From the IMG/VR virus record IMGVR_UViG_3300014208_000009, positions 1 through 54,907 of that record: a DNA stretch of 54,907 bases; one strand, 5' to 3'. The notes beneath the pieces are model-generated. The model was given only the letters and a program-made list of their open reading frames with translations. It was not told the DNA's origin and did not search any database. Origin of the DNA: a virus. The position numbers and the translations under genes were made by a program. This document shows, one piece after another, positions 8,642-16,411 of this stretch. The stretch's first letter is position 1, and every line of letters starts with the position of its first letter.

Positions 8642-8672
8642 CAAATATACAACCATTTTCCAGTTTTCCAAG
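8642..8672 (-). promoter_or_regulatory. Candidate Bacteroidota-type promoter (CTTG-N19-TATATTTG)
   Basis: Plus-strand caaatata at 8642..8649 and caag at 8669..8672. It sits at the downstream end of the 0.6-kb non-coding region. Confidence 0.35.
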
Positions 8673-9313
8673 CCCCCGCCGAAAAAAATTTACCCAAAAA
8701 ACTACACAAAAACAGTAACACATTGAGTATCAGTGAGAAAGATATTTTCAGGTTTTAAAGCCCCGGAGCGTGGATAACAGATGCCAGATGGATGCCTTTT
8801 TTTCAGTGGGGTATGGGGTACATATTCACATATCACAATATAAACATTTATCATAATAAATTTTATAAGACAAAACTTTGCCTGATTATCAATGAGTTAA
8901 CAAAAATCATTCAATCCTGAAGCTAAAATAGTCATATCCTGCAATAATATCCTTGTCCCTGACATACTGTCAATCCATGTAACTTGCTGAAATAACGCCA
9001 TATAAGGCGATTTAAGACAGTCAAAGGATGAGCCTGGTATATGACTACATCAGGGGAATAGTGCCTTAAAACACCTGAAAACAAAGGGATTTGAGGGGAA
9101 TAGGGCAGAATGTGAGTAGAAAAAGGAAAAAAGTTAAGGGAGAGCGTGTTCTTCTGTTATTTTGACCTGTTTTTGGGCTTTCAGGTCTTTATTGGTCTTG
9201 TTTCGGTCTGTTGGTGTTATCTGACTATTATAGTCTATCATTAACCTTGAAATAAAGAACCCTGCTACATTGATCGGTATGCAACAGGGTTGATAATAGA
9301 AGTGGTGTTAGTC

Positions 9314-9718
9314 TTATTGTTCTGTGCTGTCTTGCTCTGTTTCTTCTGGCATGGTCAGGTTAATGTTAATTGATCCGCTATGCACTTGCTCTGTTACTTG
9401 CTTGTCAACCAATCCGTACATTGCTTTGAGTAGAAAAATAGAAGCTGTTTCTTTTACCTTTCCTTGTAACATGGCTTGAGTTAAGTTGAGCTGACAATTA
9501 TGTTTGATACTTTTTATTAGCCCTAAAACAGTTACGTTGTATTTAAACTTGACTTGCAGATAGTCCCAGTTAGATGCTGACAAGACGCCTTTGTATGCAA
9601 GAGCCATCAGATAACAACTTTCATCCTCTGATTTTTCGTAAACCTTTGTTAATGAGTTTATTGCCTCATCTTCCGTCCATTTCTCAGCGTTCTTGTTATC
9701 TTTCAATCCATCGTACAT
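9314..9718 (-). CDS. Terminase small subunit-like protein (134 aa from the ATG)
   Basis: The track start at 9763 is a TTG inside a terminator hairpin. The first ATG (MYDGLKDNKNAEKW) is at 9718. The C-terminal ...ASIFLLKAMYGLVDKQ resembles the FxLKN..G..DK tail I associate with TerS families. This rests on weak, motif-level evidence only. Confidence 0.4.
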   Translation of the reverse strand: MYDGLKDNKNAEKWTEDEAINSLTKVYEKSEDESCYLMALAYKGVLSASNWDYLQVKFKYNVTVLGLIKSIKHNCQLNLTQAMLQGKVKETASIFLLKAMYGLVDKQVTEQVHSGSININLTMPEETEQDSTEQ

Positions 9719-9761
9719 ATCAAAAGTATTATCCCTACAAAGATAGGTAAAGTATAGATAC

Positions 9762-9788
9762 AAAAAAAGAGGGGTGTTTTGCCCCTCT
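9762..9788 (-). terminator. Rho-independent terminator
   Basis: The minus strand reads agaggggcaaaacacccctct (7-bp stem, 7-nt loop) followed by a run of 7 T. It lies just after the stop of ORF 9807..10046. Confidence 0.7.
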
Positions 9789-9806
9789 TTACTTTGTTCA
9801 ATCTTG

Positions 9807-10046
9807 TTACAGGATTACTGTGTGTATTCTTCTCTCAACTGCTCCCGTATTATGGTAGTTAATTACAAGTTCGGTTTCTTTGATCCGGATAATGTCAATA
9901 GTTCCTCCGGTTTGCATTGCCCTTACTTCAGCGTCTTGTTTCTTGCTATTGAAGTATTTTTCCAAGTTCCTCACACCTTTAATCATATAGGTGTTTTTGC
10001 GGAGTTCCCCGTTGTGTCGGTAAAATGTGTTAACTTCTACTTTCAT
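9807..10046 (-). CDS. Hypothetical protein (79 aa)
   Basis: ATG start, followed by a terminator. Confidence 0.55.
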   Translation of the reverse strand: MKVEVNTFYRHNGELRKNTYMIKGVRNLEKYFNSKKQDAEVRAMQTGGTIDIIRIKETELVINYHNTGAVERRIHTVIL

Positions 10047-10272
10047 GGCCTTAGTGTGAAAAATACGCTGTCAGAATCATGCCGATTACAAAGATTACTA
10101 CCCAGAGGGTAATCCAAAGGTTACTGTTTTTAGCTTTCATTTGTTTTGATTTTAAGTTCTGCTGTTACTATCATTATTATTCCGATCAAGATACCTGTTA
10201 AGGTTACTGCCGGGGTTTCGATCATTGAACACACGACAATGATTACCAGTCCTACTATGGTTATTGCTGTTT

Positions 10273-10506
10273 TCACCACGTTATCCTCCCGGCTAAATTA
10301 TAAGTCTTGTAAATGTCACGGGTAACATTATTGATGTTAACACGGGAACCAAATTTGCCACGATTCCTGCATTGTATCTCAGCAATTACCTGACCAACTG
10401 ATGCGAATTGCCCATCGTACATTGATGCAACCAGCGTACCGTCTTTTTTAGTCAGGCTTGCGCTAATTGTGTCCGACTCTTTGATAACCATTCTTCTATT
10501 TTTCAT
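10273..10506 (-). CDS. Hypothetical protein (77 aa)
   Basis: ATG start on the coding strand. Confidence 0.55.
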   Translation of the reverse strand: MKNRRMVIKESDTISASLTKKDGTLVASMYDGQFASVGQVIAEIQCRNRGKFGSRVNINNVTRDIYKTYNLAGRITW

Positions 10507-10632
10507 TTTGATATTGTTTTATTCGTTTTTTACTTTCTTCATAAACTTCATTCGAGAACTTTGTCCGGTCTATCTTTGACCTCTTTTCGTAATTTTCGAC
10601 AAATAGGCAGAGTTCGAGATATTGGTCTTCAG

Positions 10633-11472
10633 TCATTCCATCTGATTGATAAGGTTTAAAACTTCCTTGCGTTCAAAAATATGGCAACCAACACGGATAA
10701 CTTTATTGGTCACTTCTTTAATTTCAAATTTGCCACAATGACGGCCTAAAATATCCTTTCCTGACTGAAGCATACACCACAATATTTTTACGGGCCTTAT
10801 GTCAACCCTTACGCCTTGAGACGTTTCAACCATCCCATCGGTCAACCTTAACAAGTCGAACGGAAAATAATAATTAGAAAACCGTTGGCCGTTCCTGAAA
10901 TTGACTATTTCTTTTTTTGCCTTTGCCTTGTTTTTTCGTGCCTGAGCCTGTTTTTCCTTGCGTTCCCGTTCGGCCATATCGGCGTAATATTTTTCAACAT
11001 CAAAAGTATCAGGATCAATAAGTGATTCAGGGACGGGAATATCAAACAGGTCACAATATCTTTGCAGTTCGAAAACTGCTTTTTGTGCATGAGCGTGATA
11101 TTCCTGTTTTCTGGATCTTGCCTTGTTTTCCAGTTCCTTTGCCAAAACAAGCCAGTTTGCAAAATATTCAATATTCTTTTTATGAGTTTCGGGCCAGTTG
11201 TCGGGCATGGCAATAACATTGATAATATTACCATAGTCCGGTATTGCCCGTTTTACATATCTCTGATGTCTTGAGGTTGAATTACTGTATGTCCGGTCAT
11301 TCCAGAAGTAATATAACTGGCCTTTCACGGTCATTTTTTTGCAGATCGGAAAATGACTGCCGTAACTGTAAATTGTGTCGCCCTCAAAATAAAAAGAGGA
11401 GGCACATTTTCCAGATTCAGATTCATTATAGACCCAAGCGTGGGCCAGGTCTCTTGTATTGTAACGTCTCAT
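10633..11472 (-). CDS. Hypothetical protein (279 aa) with a Lys/Glu-rich central linker
   Basis: ATG at 11472. The N-terminus is DLAHAWVYNE...IYSYGSHFPI. No function recognised. Confidence 0.7.
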   Translation of the reverse strand: MRRYNTRDLAHAWVYNESESGKCASSFYFEGDTIYSYGSHFPICKKMTVKGQLYYFWNDRTYSNSTSRHQRYVKRAIPDYGNIINVIAMPDNWPETHKKNIEYFANWLVLAKELENKARSRKQEYHAHAQKAVFELQRYCDLFDIPVPESLIDPDTFDVEKYYADMAERERKEKQAQARKNKAKAKKEIVNFRNGQRFSNYYFPFDLLRLTDGMVETSQGVRVDIRPVKILWCMLQSGKDILGRHCGKFEIKEVTNKVIRVGCHIFERKEVLNLINQME

Positions 11473-11843
11473 GATGTTGTTAATTTAGTGATTTTAAATG
11501 ATTTACGCAATAGGGTTACATTTTTTTCCGTGCTTTTTCGATCAACTTCTGAATGTCGCAAGTCTTTTCAGCCGGACACGAAAAGCAACTAACTTGGTAA
11601 CGTTCATGCCTGCATCTTGAGGCTCTTTTGCACTGATAATCGAATGATCTGCGTGCTTTTTCTATTGTTTTCATGTTACCTCAAATTTTGCGATTGATAG
11701 GAAAACTGGTAGTCAGTCAATGAGTCCTCAAGAAAAAATTGGCTCAAAGATCGGATTTCACGTTTTTTGTTGTTTGCTTTTTTGGCCTTGTCGGTCTGCT
11801 GTTGTTTTTTGGTTGTTGTTTTCATGATGTTAAATTGAATTAA

Positions 11844-12119
11844 TTAATAGACCTCGAGAATACACATAGTTCCGCCGCCCGATGGATGTTGTACCTTAAC
11901 TGGCATAACCTGAATAATGTCGTTATCCAAAAGTATCTCATACGGCGAGCGAGGCCCTTCAACCCGTGAGCCAACTAATACGTTACCACATTTCTTTAGG
12001 TCAGAAACAGAGGCAGGCCGATTAGTGTCACTATCATCGTAAGTAATGATCTGACGGCCAGTTTCCCACAATTCGCTGATTGTTGCTTTCATTGATTTTG
12101 TTTTAGTTTTTAATTGCAT
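11844..12119 (-). CDS. Hypothetical protein (91 aa)
   Basis: ATG at 12119; first ORF downstream of the 12.1-12.65 kb non-coding region. Confidence 0.55.
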   Translation of the reverse strand: MQLKTKTKSMKATISELWETGRQIITYDDSDTNRPASVSDLKKCGNVLVGSRVEGPRSPYEILLDNDIIQVMPVKVQHPSGGGTMCILEVY

Positions 12120-12280
12120 CCCAAAGATACGATTGATTTAAAGTTAAATTATATGACTTTTGTCATGTTTTTGGATTATTTGCAGGTTTGGGGCTTCTTT
12201 GGATTTAATCTTATTAAAGATAAGGCTAATATTGGAAAATCAATTTTTTCACATTTCAGTTAATGATCCACGCATCCAGG

Positions 12281-12377
12281 CACACATATACGCATACATA
12301 CACCCATACGCCTACATACAGGGCGCAGCAGACGTATATATTAGCCTGACGCACAGCGACTTACATTCGTATATATT
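12281..12377. repeat. Iteron-like short repeats in a non-coding region
   Basis: A CATAC/ACGCA-rich tract (cacacatatacgcatacatacacccatacgcctacataca), plus the 10-mer cgtatatatt at 12333..12342 and again at 12368..12377. Confidence 0.6.
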
Positions 12378-12652
12378 CTGATTTTTTGGTCTTACGAACA
12401 CGGAATTTTTCCAGAATATCTTGGCTAAAAAAAGAAACCCGACACCCTGGGAAAGTATCGGAGTTCAAACCCAAACCTATGAAAGAATAAAGTTACTTCT
12501 TTTTTTCGTTTCGGCAAAAAGAGTAAAGCTGAAATTAAGATCGCAAGAATCAGCAATCTTGTCGTTTCGTAATCAGGATTCATTTTAAGGCGTTTTAAGA
12601 CATTATCTCCCCTGCCAAACGTAGTTAGACACCACTTCGAGGGTAAAACTCG

Positions 12653-12931
12653 CTAAAAAGGCAATCCTTGTTCTTTTTCAGGGGGTATTTCGTCCGCTCT
12701 GCTTCTGTCGATTTCATTTATCCCCCGATTTAACCCCGTAACATCGTTCTCGATCTTTCCGGCAAAAAATTTACCTTTAGATCCGTCTTTGACCCATAGA
12801 CTGATATTCTTTTTCGTTCCGTCAACCATAGCCGTTCCCCGATATTGGGGTTGGTTCCCGGTTGCTTTGTCGTTTTTGAAGATGACTATATCACCTTCCC
12901 GTTGTTCGTAAGCCATTGTGTATTCTCCCAT
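12653..12931 (-). CDS. Small SSB-like candidate (92 aa) ending ...GLPF
   Basis: The N-terminal half is beta-rich (GDIVIFKNDKATGNQPQYRGTAMVDG..LWVKDG). The tail is acidic and ends in LPF, reminiscent of the bacterial SSB tip DDDIPF. Confidence 0.35.
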   Translation of the reverse strand: MGEYTMAYEQREGDIVIFKNDKATGNQPQYRGTAMVDGTKKNISLWVKDGSKGKFFAGKIENDVTGLNRGINEIDRSRADEIPPEKEQGLPF

Positions 12932-13251
12932 TTTAGTTTTTCTTTTCTCGCTTGAATCTCGTTGTAATACCCACTCTCTAAGGGCGTCATGTCGCTCGGT
13001 GCTTTGTCGTGGATAATTCTATGAAGTTCCTTTGATATAGGCCAAAGGTTCTCTCTTTGAAAGATCATCCATAAAGGACACTTTGACCGGGGCCAACAAT
13101 GATGCGTTTCGACAATAACTCCAAAGGGGTCGCTATACGGCCCGTTCTCCCGGCACTCTTTGAGCATGGCTCTTGATACTTTCCAATACTCTTTCTCGGC
13201 ATACTTTCGCTGGATATGCGAGGGTAGGGATTCAAATTCTGTGCGGGTCAT
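12886..13251 (-). CDS. HNH endonuclease-like protein (121 aa)
   Basis: Contains ETHHCWPRSK ... NLWPISKELHRIIH (an H-N-H pattern). ATGA-coupled to the upstream ORF. Confidence 0.5.
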   Translation of the reverse strand: MTRTEFESLPSHIQRKYAEKEYWKVSRAMLKECRENGPYSDPFGVIVETHHCWPRSKCPLWMIFQRENLWPISKELHRIIHDKAPSDMTPLESGYYNEIQARKEKLKWENTQWLTNNGKVI

Positions 13252-13982
13252 GTTTCAAATTTTAGGTTGTAAATCTTGCTTACCGAAGTCGCTCCGGCCT
13301 GATGATTGCAGACTGCGTTCCAGATGATCGGGTACATGGGAATATCATCTACGCTTTTTCGGACATAGTAAATCTCCCTGCCATCTAAGTAAATTTCGAT
13401 CCAGCCGTGATAAAACCGAACCGAATACAAGTGCCTGCCTTTAAACTTATCTAAAGGACGTTTAAATACTTTTCTTGTCCGCATTGGGTCGGTACTTAGG
13501 ATCAGCGAGGTTGACATTTCGTTTTGGTGTCCGGGCGTGTTGGTTTCAAAAGCATCAAATTCCGGGTTAATGGTTTCTCGTCCGTTCTCAAACCTTGTGG
13601 TACTTAAAAACCAAATGGATTCAACCACGTCCGGGTCAAGGGAAAATTCAGCGTCAACGGTAAACAGTCCTTCGTTGATCTGAAAAGTACCGACAAGGCA
13701 CATAGAGAAGAAGTTAAGTTTGTTGCCGCATAGGGTTATCGGCTCAATAGGATAGGTCGACAATTCAAAACAGTTTTCTCTTTTCGCTGTTTCGGGTCTA
13801 TATTTTAACGGAAATACAGGATGGTTTACTCTCCATTTCGCCTGATCGGTTTCCATACCTTCGGTCCAATTCCAGAAATAAGATTTACAGGCCGGATAAC
13901 TTGGCATCCAGTCCAAACGGCTCTTAAACCACTTTGTCAGTTGGTTTAGGTCGGAGGGGCAAAAATCAAAGATGGTTTTCAT
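13248..13982 (-). CDS. ConA-like/GH16-like candidate (244 aa)
   Basis: Contains PEFDAFE (ExDxxE) followed by HLYSVRFYHGWIEIYLDGREIYYV, similar to the GH16 core. The match to the strict GH16 signature is imperfect. Confidence 0.3.
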   Translation of the reverse strand: MKTIFDFCPSDLNQLTKWFKSRLDWMPSYPACKSYFWNWTEGMETDQAKWRVNHPVFPLKYRPETAKRENCFELSTYPIEPITLCGNKLNFFSMCLVGTFQINEGLFTVDAEFSLDPDVVESIWFLSTTRFENGRETINPEFDAFETNTPGHQNEMSTSLILSTDPMRTRKVFKRPLDKFKGRHLYSVRFYHGWIEIYLDGREIYYVRKSVDDIPMYPIIWNAVCNHQAGATSVSKIYNLKFET

Positions 13983-14155
13983 ATTGCTGAATCATAAAAT
14001 TTAATCCAAAAGACGCACATAAACCACCCAACAATTCCTATTATCGGGAATGCGATATGACGGTCAACATTCTCCAAACAGATCCATGTTGTTGCCTGAA
14101 TTAGAGCCACCGCAAAGACGGCAATAATGTACCGTGCTATTTTTCGTTTTTTCAT
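13979..14155 (-). CDS. Micro-ORF, membrane peptide (58 aa)
   Basis: My own translation: MKKRKIARYIIAVFAVALIQ...GIVGWFMCVFWI. ATGA-coupled at both ends. Confidence 0.45.
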   Translation of the reverse strand: MKKRKIARYIIAVFAVALIQATTWICLENVDRHIAFPIIGIVGWFMCVFWIKFYDSAI

Positions 14156-14316
14156 TTTGTTTCAAATAGTTTACAATAGTACCTTTTCATTACAGTAAAA
14201 TAACGCTTGACCGGAGTATTGTTTTTCGTGTCAATTACGTTCAGGTAGAGTTTATGGCATTCTCCTCCCCGATTGGTTCGCTTCTGAAAATAGGCACAAT
14301 GGCTACATCGGATCAT
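14152..14316 (-). CDS. Micro-ORF (54 aa), Cys-containing
   Basis: My own translation: MIRCSHCAYFQKRTNRGGECHKLY... ATGA-coupled at both ends. Confidence 0.4.
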   Translation of the reverse strand: MIRCSHCAYFQKRTNRGGECHKLYLNVIDTKNNTPVKRYFTVMKRYYCKLFETK

Positions 14317-14468
14317 TTTCTACACTCCTTTCCTGAATGATATGCCCCAATAGTGAGCATGATTACGGCAAGAATTACAACGATTAATCGACATATTGGA
14401 TAGTGCATAGTATTACCGACAACCATCAGCAACAGACCTAAGATATAACACTCGGTTGACTTTTTCAT
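14313..14468 (-). CDS. Micro-ORF, membrane peptide (51 aa)
   Basis: My own translation: MKKSTECYILGLLLMVVGNT...VVILAVIMLTIGAY. ATGA-coupled at both ends. Confidence 0.45.
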   Translation of the reverse strand: MKKSTECYILGLLLMVVGNTMHYPICRLIVVILAVIMLTIGAYHSGKECRK

Positions 14469-14770
14469 GATTGATAGATTTTTGGTTCAAAATTCTCATC
14501 CATAGGAATATCAAACATCTTGTAGATCTTCCAATTTTTAGGTAGCGATTCTTGAGCAGTTTTCTGTAAATCAATATCCGGCACGTTCAATACCTCTTCC
14601 ATTTTATTGAGCAAATAGTTCATGTTTATCATTCGTGCCTCGGTATTGGCTAACTCAATAACCAATATTACCCACCCCACCTGAATCCTGAAGATGGGTT
14701 TTTTGGCAATCAGGCTGAATCGGAAACGGGTTCCGAAAATCAGCAGGAATGAAAGTCCTTTAGTTTTCAT
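14465..14770 (-). CDS. Hypothetical protein (101 aa)
   Basis: ATG at 14770 and a hydrophobic N-terminus. Confidence 0.55.
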   Translation of the reverse strand: MKTKGLSFLLIFGTRFRFSLIAKKPIFRIQVGWVILVIELANTEARMINMNYLLNKMEEVLNVPDIDLQKTAQESLPKNWKIYKMFDIPMDENFEPKIYQS

Positions 14771-14773
14771 ATT

Positions 14774-15187
14774 TTAGTTATTATCTGTTTGTTCACGTTC
14801 TTTCTTTAAAAAGCTGATATGCGTCCTAAGACAGTCTGCTACACGGTTTCCTTGCTTCAGTAATAGATCAGCCCGATAAGATAAGGATTCCGCTTCAATT
14901 TCTAAATTAAACTGCCCTTCGGTCGAAAGCATGGATTCGATTTCTGCTTTGTTGACGGCTAATCCCTGTTTTACAAGGTTGTCCTTTTCCCGTATGGTTT
15001 CAATTTTGCGCCTGAAATACTTTTGGTTATACTCGCCTTTTACGTCTGCAACATATTCGGAATAAAACCAAAGATAGCCCGTTAAACGCTTGTATAGTTC
15101 CATCAGATAGTCGGGCATCGGGTTCTTAGCCTTGCCGTACTCGGTTACGATCTTGCTGATCTCTTGAGTTACTTTTGTGAAGTCCAT
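14774..15187 (-). CDS. Hypothetical coiled-coil protein (137 aa from the ATG)
   Basis: The track start at 15265 is TTG. The ATG (MDFTKV) at 15187 shares one base with the upstream TAA (TAATG). Confidence 0.6.
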   Translation of the reverse strand: MDFTKVTQEISKIVTEYGKAKNPMPDYLMELYKRLTGYLWFYSEYVADVKGEYNQKYFRRKIETIREKDNLVKQGLAVNKAEIESMLSTEGQFNLEIEAESLSYRADLLLKQGNRVADCLRTHISFLKKEREQTDNN

Positions 15188-15624
15188 TACCTGTTTTTGT
15201 ATCTGTGCCACAAATTTATCATCGGCTCCTGCTTTTCTTCTTCGGTCAAGTCCAAGAGTTTGCAAATGTCCTCACGGCTGATCTCGACTACTAAACTATC
15301 TTCCCTTGCCGTGTTTACGATTTCGTACAGATCATCGAGTAAAGCCTTTATTGTCAGTTTCAGTTCACTATCGAAAATGTAGGTTTCCTTTACTTTGCGG
15401 CAAGAATAAAGAACGGTACAATGTTCCCGGTCAAAGCGTTCGGCAATCTTTCCAAACGAAAGCCCGGTAAACGTCCTTAAACAGTACATTAAGACTTGAC
15501 GGGGTATCTTGACTATGTTATGGCGGTCTTTCGGGATCACTTGTGCAATCGTCAGCCCGTAGTGCCGTGACCAAATGTCAATTACCTGATCTTCGGATAG
15601 TCCGGGGCGAGTGTAGGGGTTCAT
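15187..15624 (-). CDS. DnaA C-terminal (domain IV) HTH-like protein (145 aa)
   Basis: IPRQVLMYCLRTFTGLSFGKIAERFDREHCTVLYSCRKV matches the DnaA domain IV pattern (RQiAMYL..lT..S...IG..F..RDHtTVlha..K). Confidence 0.7.
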   Translation of the reverse strand: MNPYTRPGLSEDQVIDIWSRHYGLTIAQVIPKDRHNIVKIPRQVLMYCLRTFTGLSFGKIAERFDREHCTVLYSCRKVKETYIFDSELKLTIKALLDDLYEIVNTAREDSLVVEISREDICKLLDLTEEEKQEPMINLWHRYKNR

Positions 15625-16190
15625 GGTTTATCTCCCCATTGAGTTGCCATAGCTTTTGCGATACCCGGAAATGTTTTAGACCTTAATTTTGCCCTATCTT
15701 CGCTCGGAGGCATCTTCCAGATTCTATTTTCCCGGCCAGATACTATTTCGGTCGGTTGTAGTTTCGGAAGGTTTTTCAGCCACAGACAGGTTGCCTTAGT
15801 TTCTCCATGCCCAAACTGCCAAGGTTGAATAATCTGATCCGGTTTCCGATACTTGGTACTCATTATCCCTATTGGATTTTCAATAGCAATTTTCTCTATC
15901 GGGGCATTTACCAGCCATATAAAAAAATCAATGGCTCGCTGTTGTCGTCCGTCCTTTCTTTTTTGTTCAAAATATCTCGCTCCCGATACGGCAAGATGGG
16001 TGCATGGAGGAAAAGCTACCATTAAATCCCAATGATTCCATCGGATAACTCTTATTACATTATCCTGTATGTGCCACTCCGGGTGATCTCCTGAACATGG
16101 CAGAACATCACACGAATAAGCCTCGTGCCCAAGTTTGCGGAACTCAATACAGACCGCCTGACTTTCTTCGCAAGCTATCAGGACTTTCAT
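15621..16190 (-). CDS. Minimal C5-cytosine-methyltransferase-like protein (189 aa), atypical
   Basis: Carries FPPCTHLAVSGA (PC motif IV-like), IAIENPIG (ENV motif VI-like) and a C-terminal TFPGIAKAMA (motif X-like). The motif I position reads LIACEESQ rather than FxGxG, and there is no room for a target-recognition domain. Confidence 0.4.
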   Translation of the reverse strand: MKVLIACEESQAVCIEFRKLGHEAYSCDVLPCSGDHPEWHIQDNVIRVIRWNHWDLMVAFPPCTHLAVSGARYFEQKRKDGRQQRAIDFFIWLVNAPIEKIAIENPIGIMSTKYRKPDQIIQPWQFGHGETKATCLWLKNLPKLQPTEIVSGRENRIWKMPPSEDRAKLRSKTFPGIAKAMATQWGDKP

Positions 16191-16411
16191 AGTTTCCCGA
16201 TCCCTTCATTAACCAATATGGCAAGACCCTTATTAATCAATCCGTCTTTACCGCCCAACTTTTCTGGCGTCATAGACTTCACCCTGCCATGGGTGTACCG
16301 CCAGAACAAAGCCTGGGAGATTTCTAATGCCCGGCAAAGTTCAGCCTGGGTCTTGTTTAGGTCGATCAGCTTCTTTTTAGTCTGATCTTCGATGGTTTTG
16401 TATTCGTTCAT
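16187..16411 (-). CDS. HTH (XRE-like) DNA-binding protein (74 aa)
   Basis: Contains KTQAELCRALEISQALFWRYTHGRV. ATGA-coupled on both sides. Confidence 0.55.
   Translation of the reverse strand: MNEYKTIEDQTKKKLIDLNKTQAELCRALEISQALFWRYTHGRVKSMTPEKLGGKDGLINKGLAILVNEGIGKL

Noticed and set aside
9721-9745. Two TAnnTTTG matches (TACTTTTG, TATCTTTG) just upstream of the terS-like ATG as a promoter
   Set aside because: One lies only 2 nt from the ATG. The other has its nearest TTTG only 15 nt upstream, against the 19-21 expected. I left them unannotated as promoters.
9719-9763. N-terminal extension of the terS-like ORF (track start at 9763)
   Set aside because: That start is a TTG lying inside the terminator hairpin and U-tract at 9762..9788. 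The first ATG at 9718 gives a sensible N-terminus.
12440-12475. tRNA-like T-arm string (ggagttcaaaccc) in the non-coding region
   Set aside because: I could not find a complementary T-stem, acceptor stem or anticodon arm around it on either strand. No other tRNA-like cloverleaf was seen in any intergenic region.
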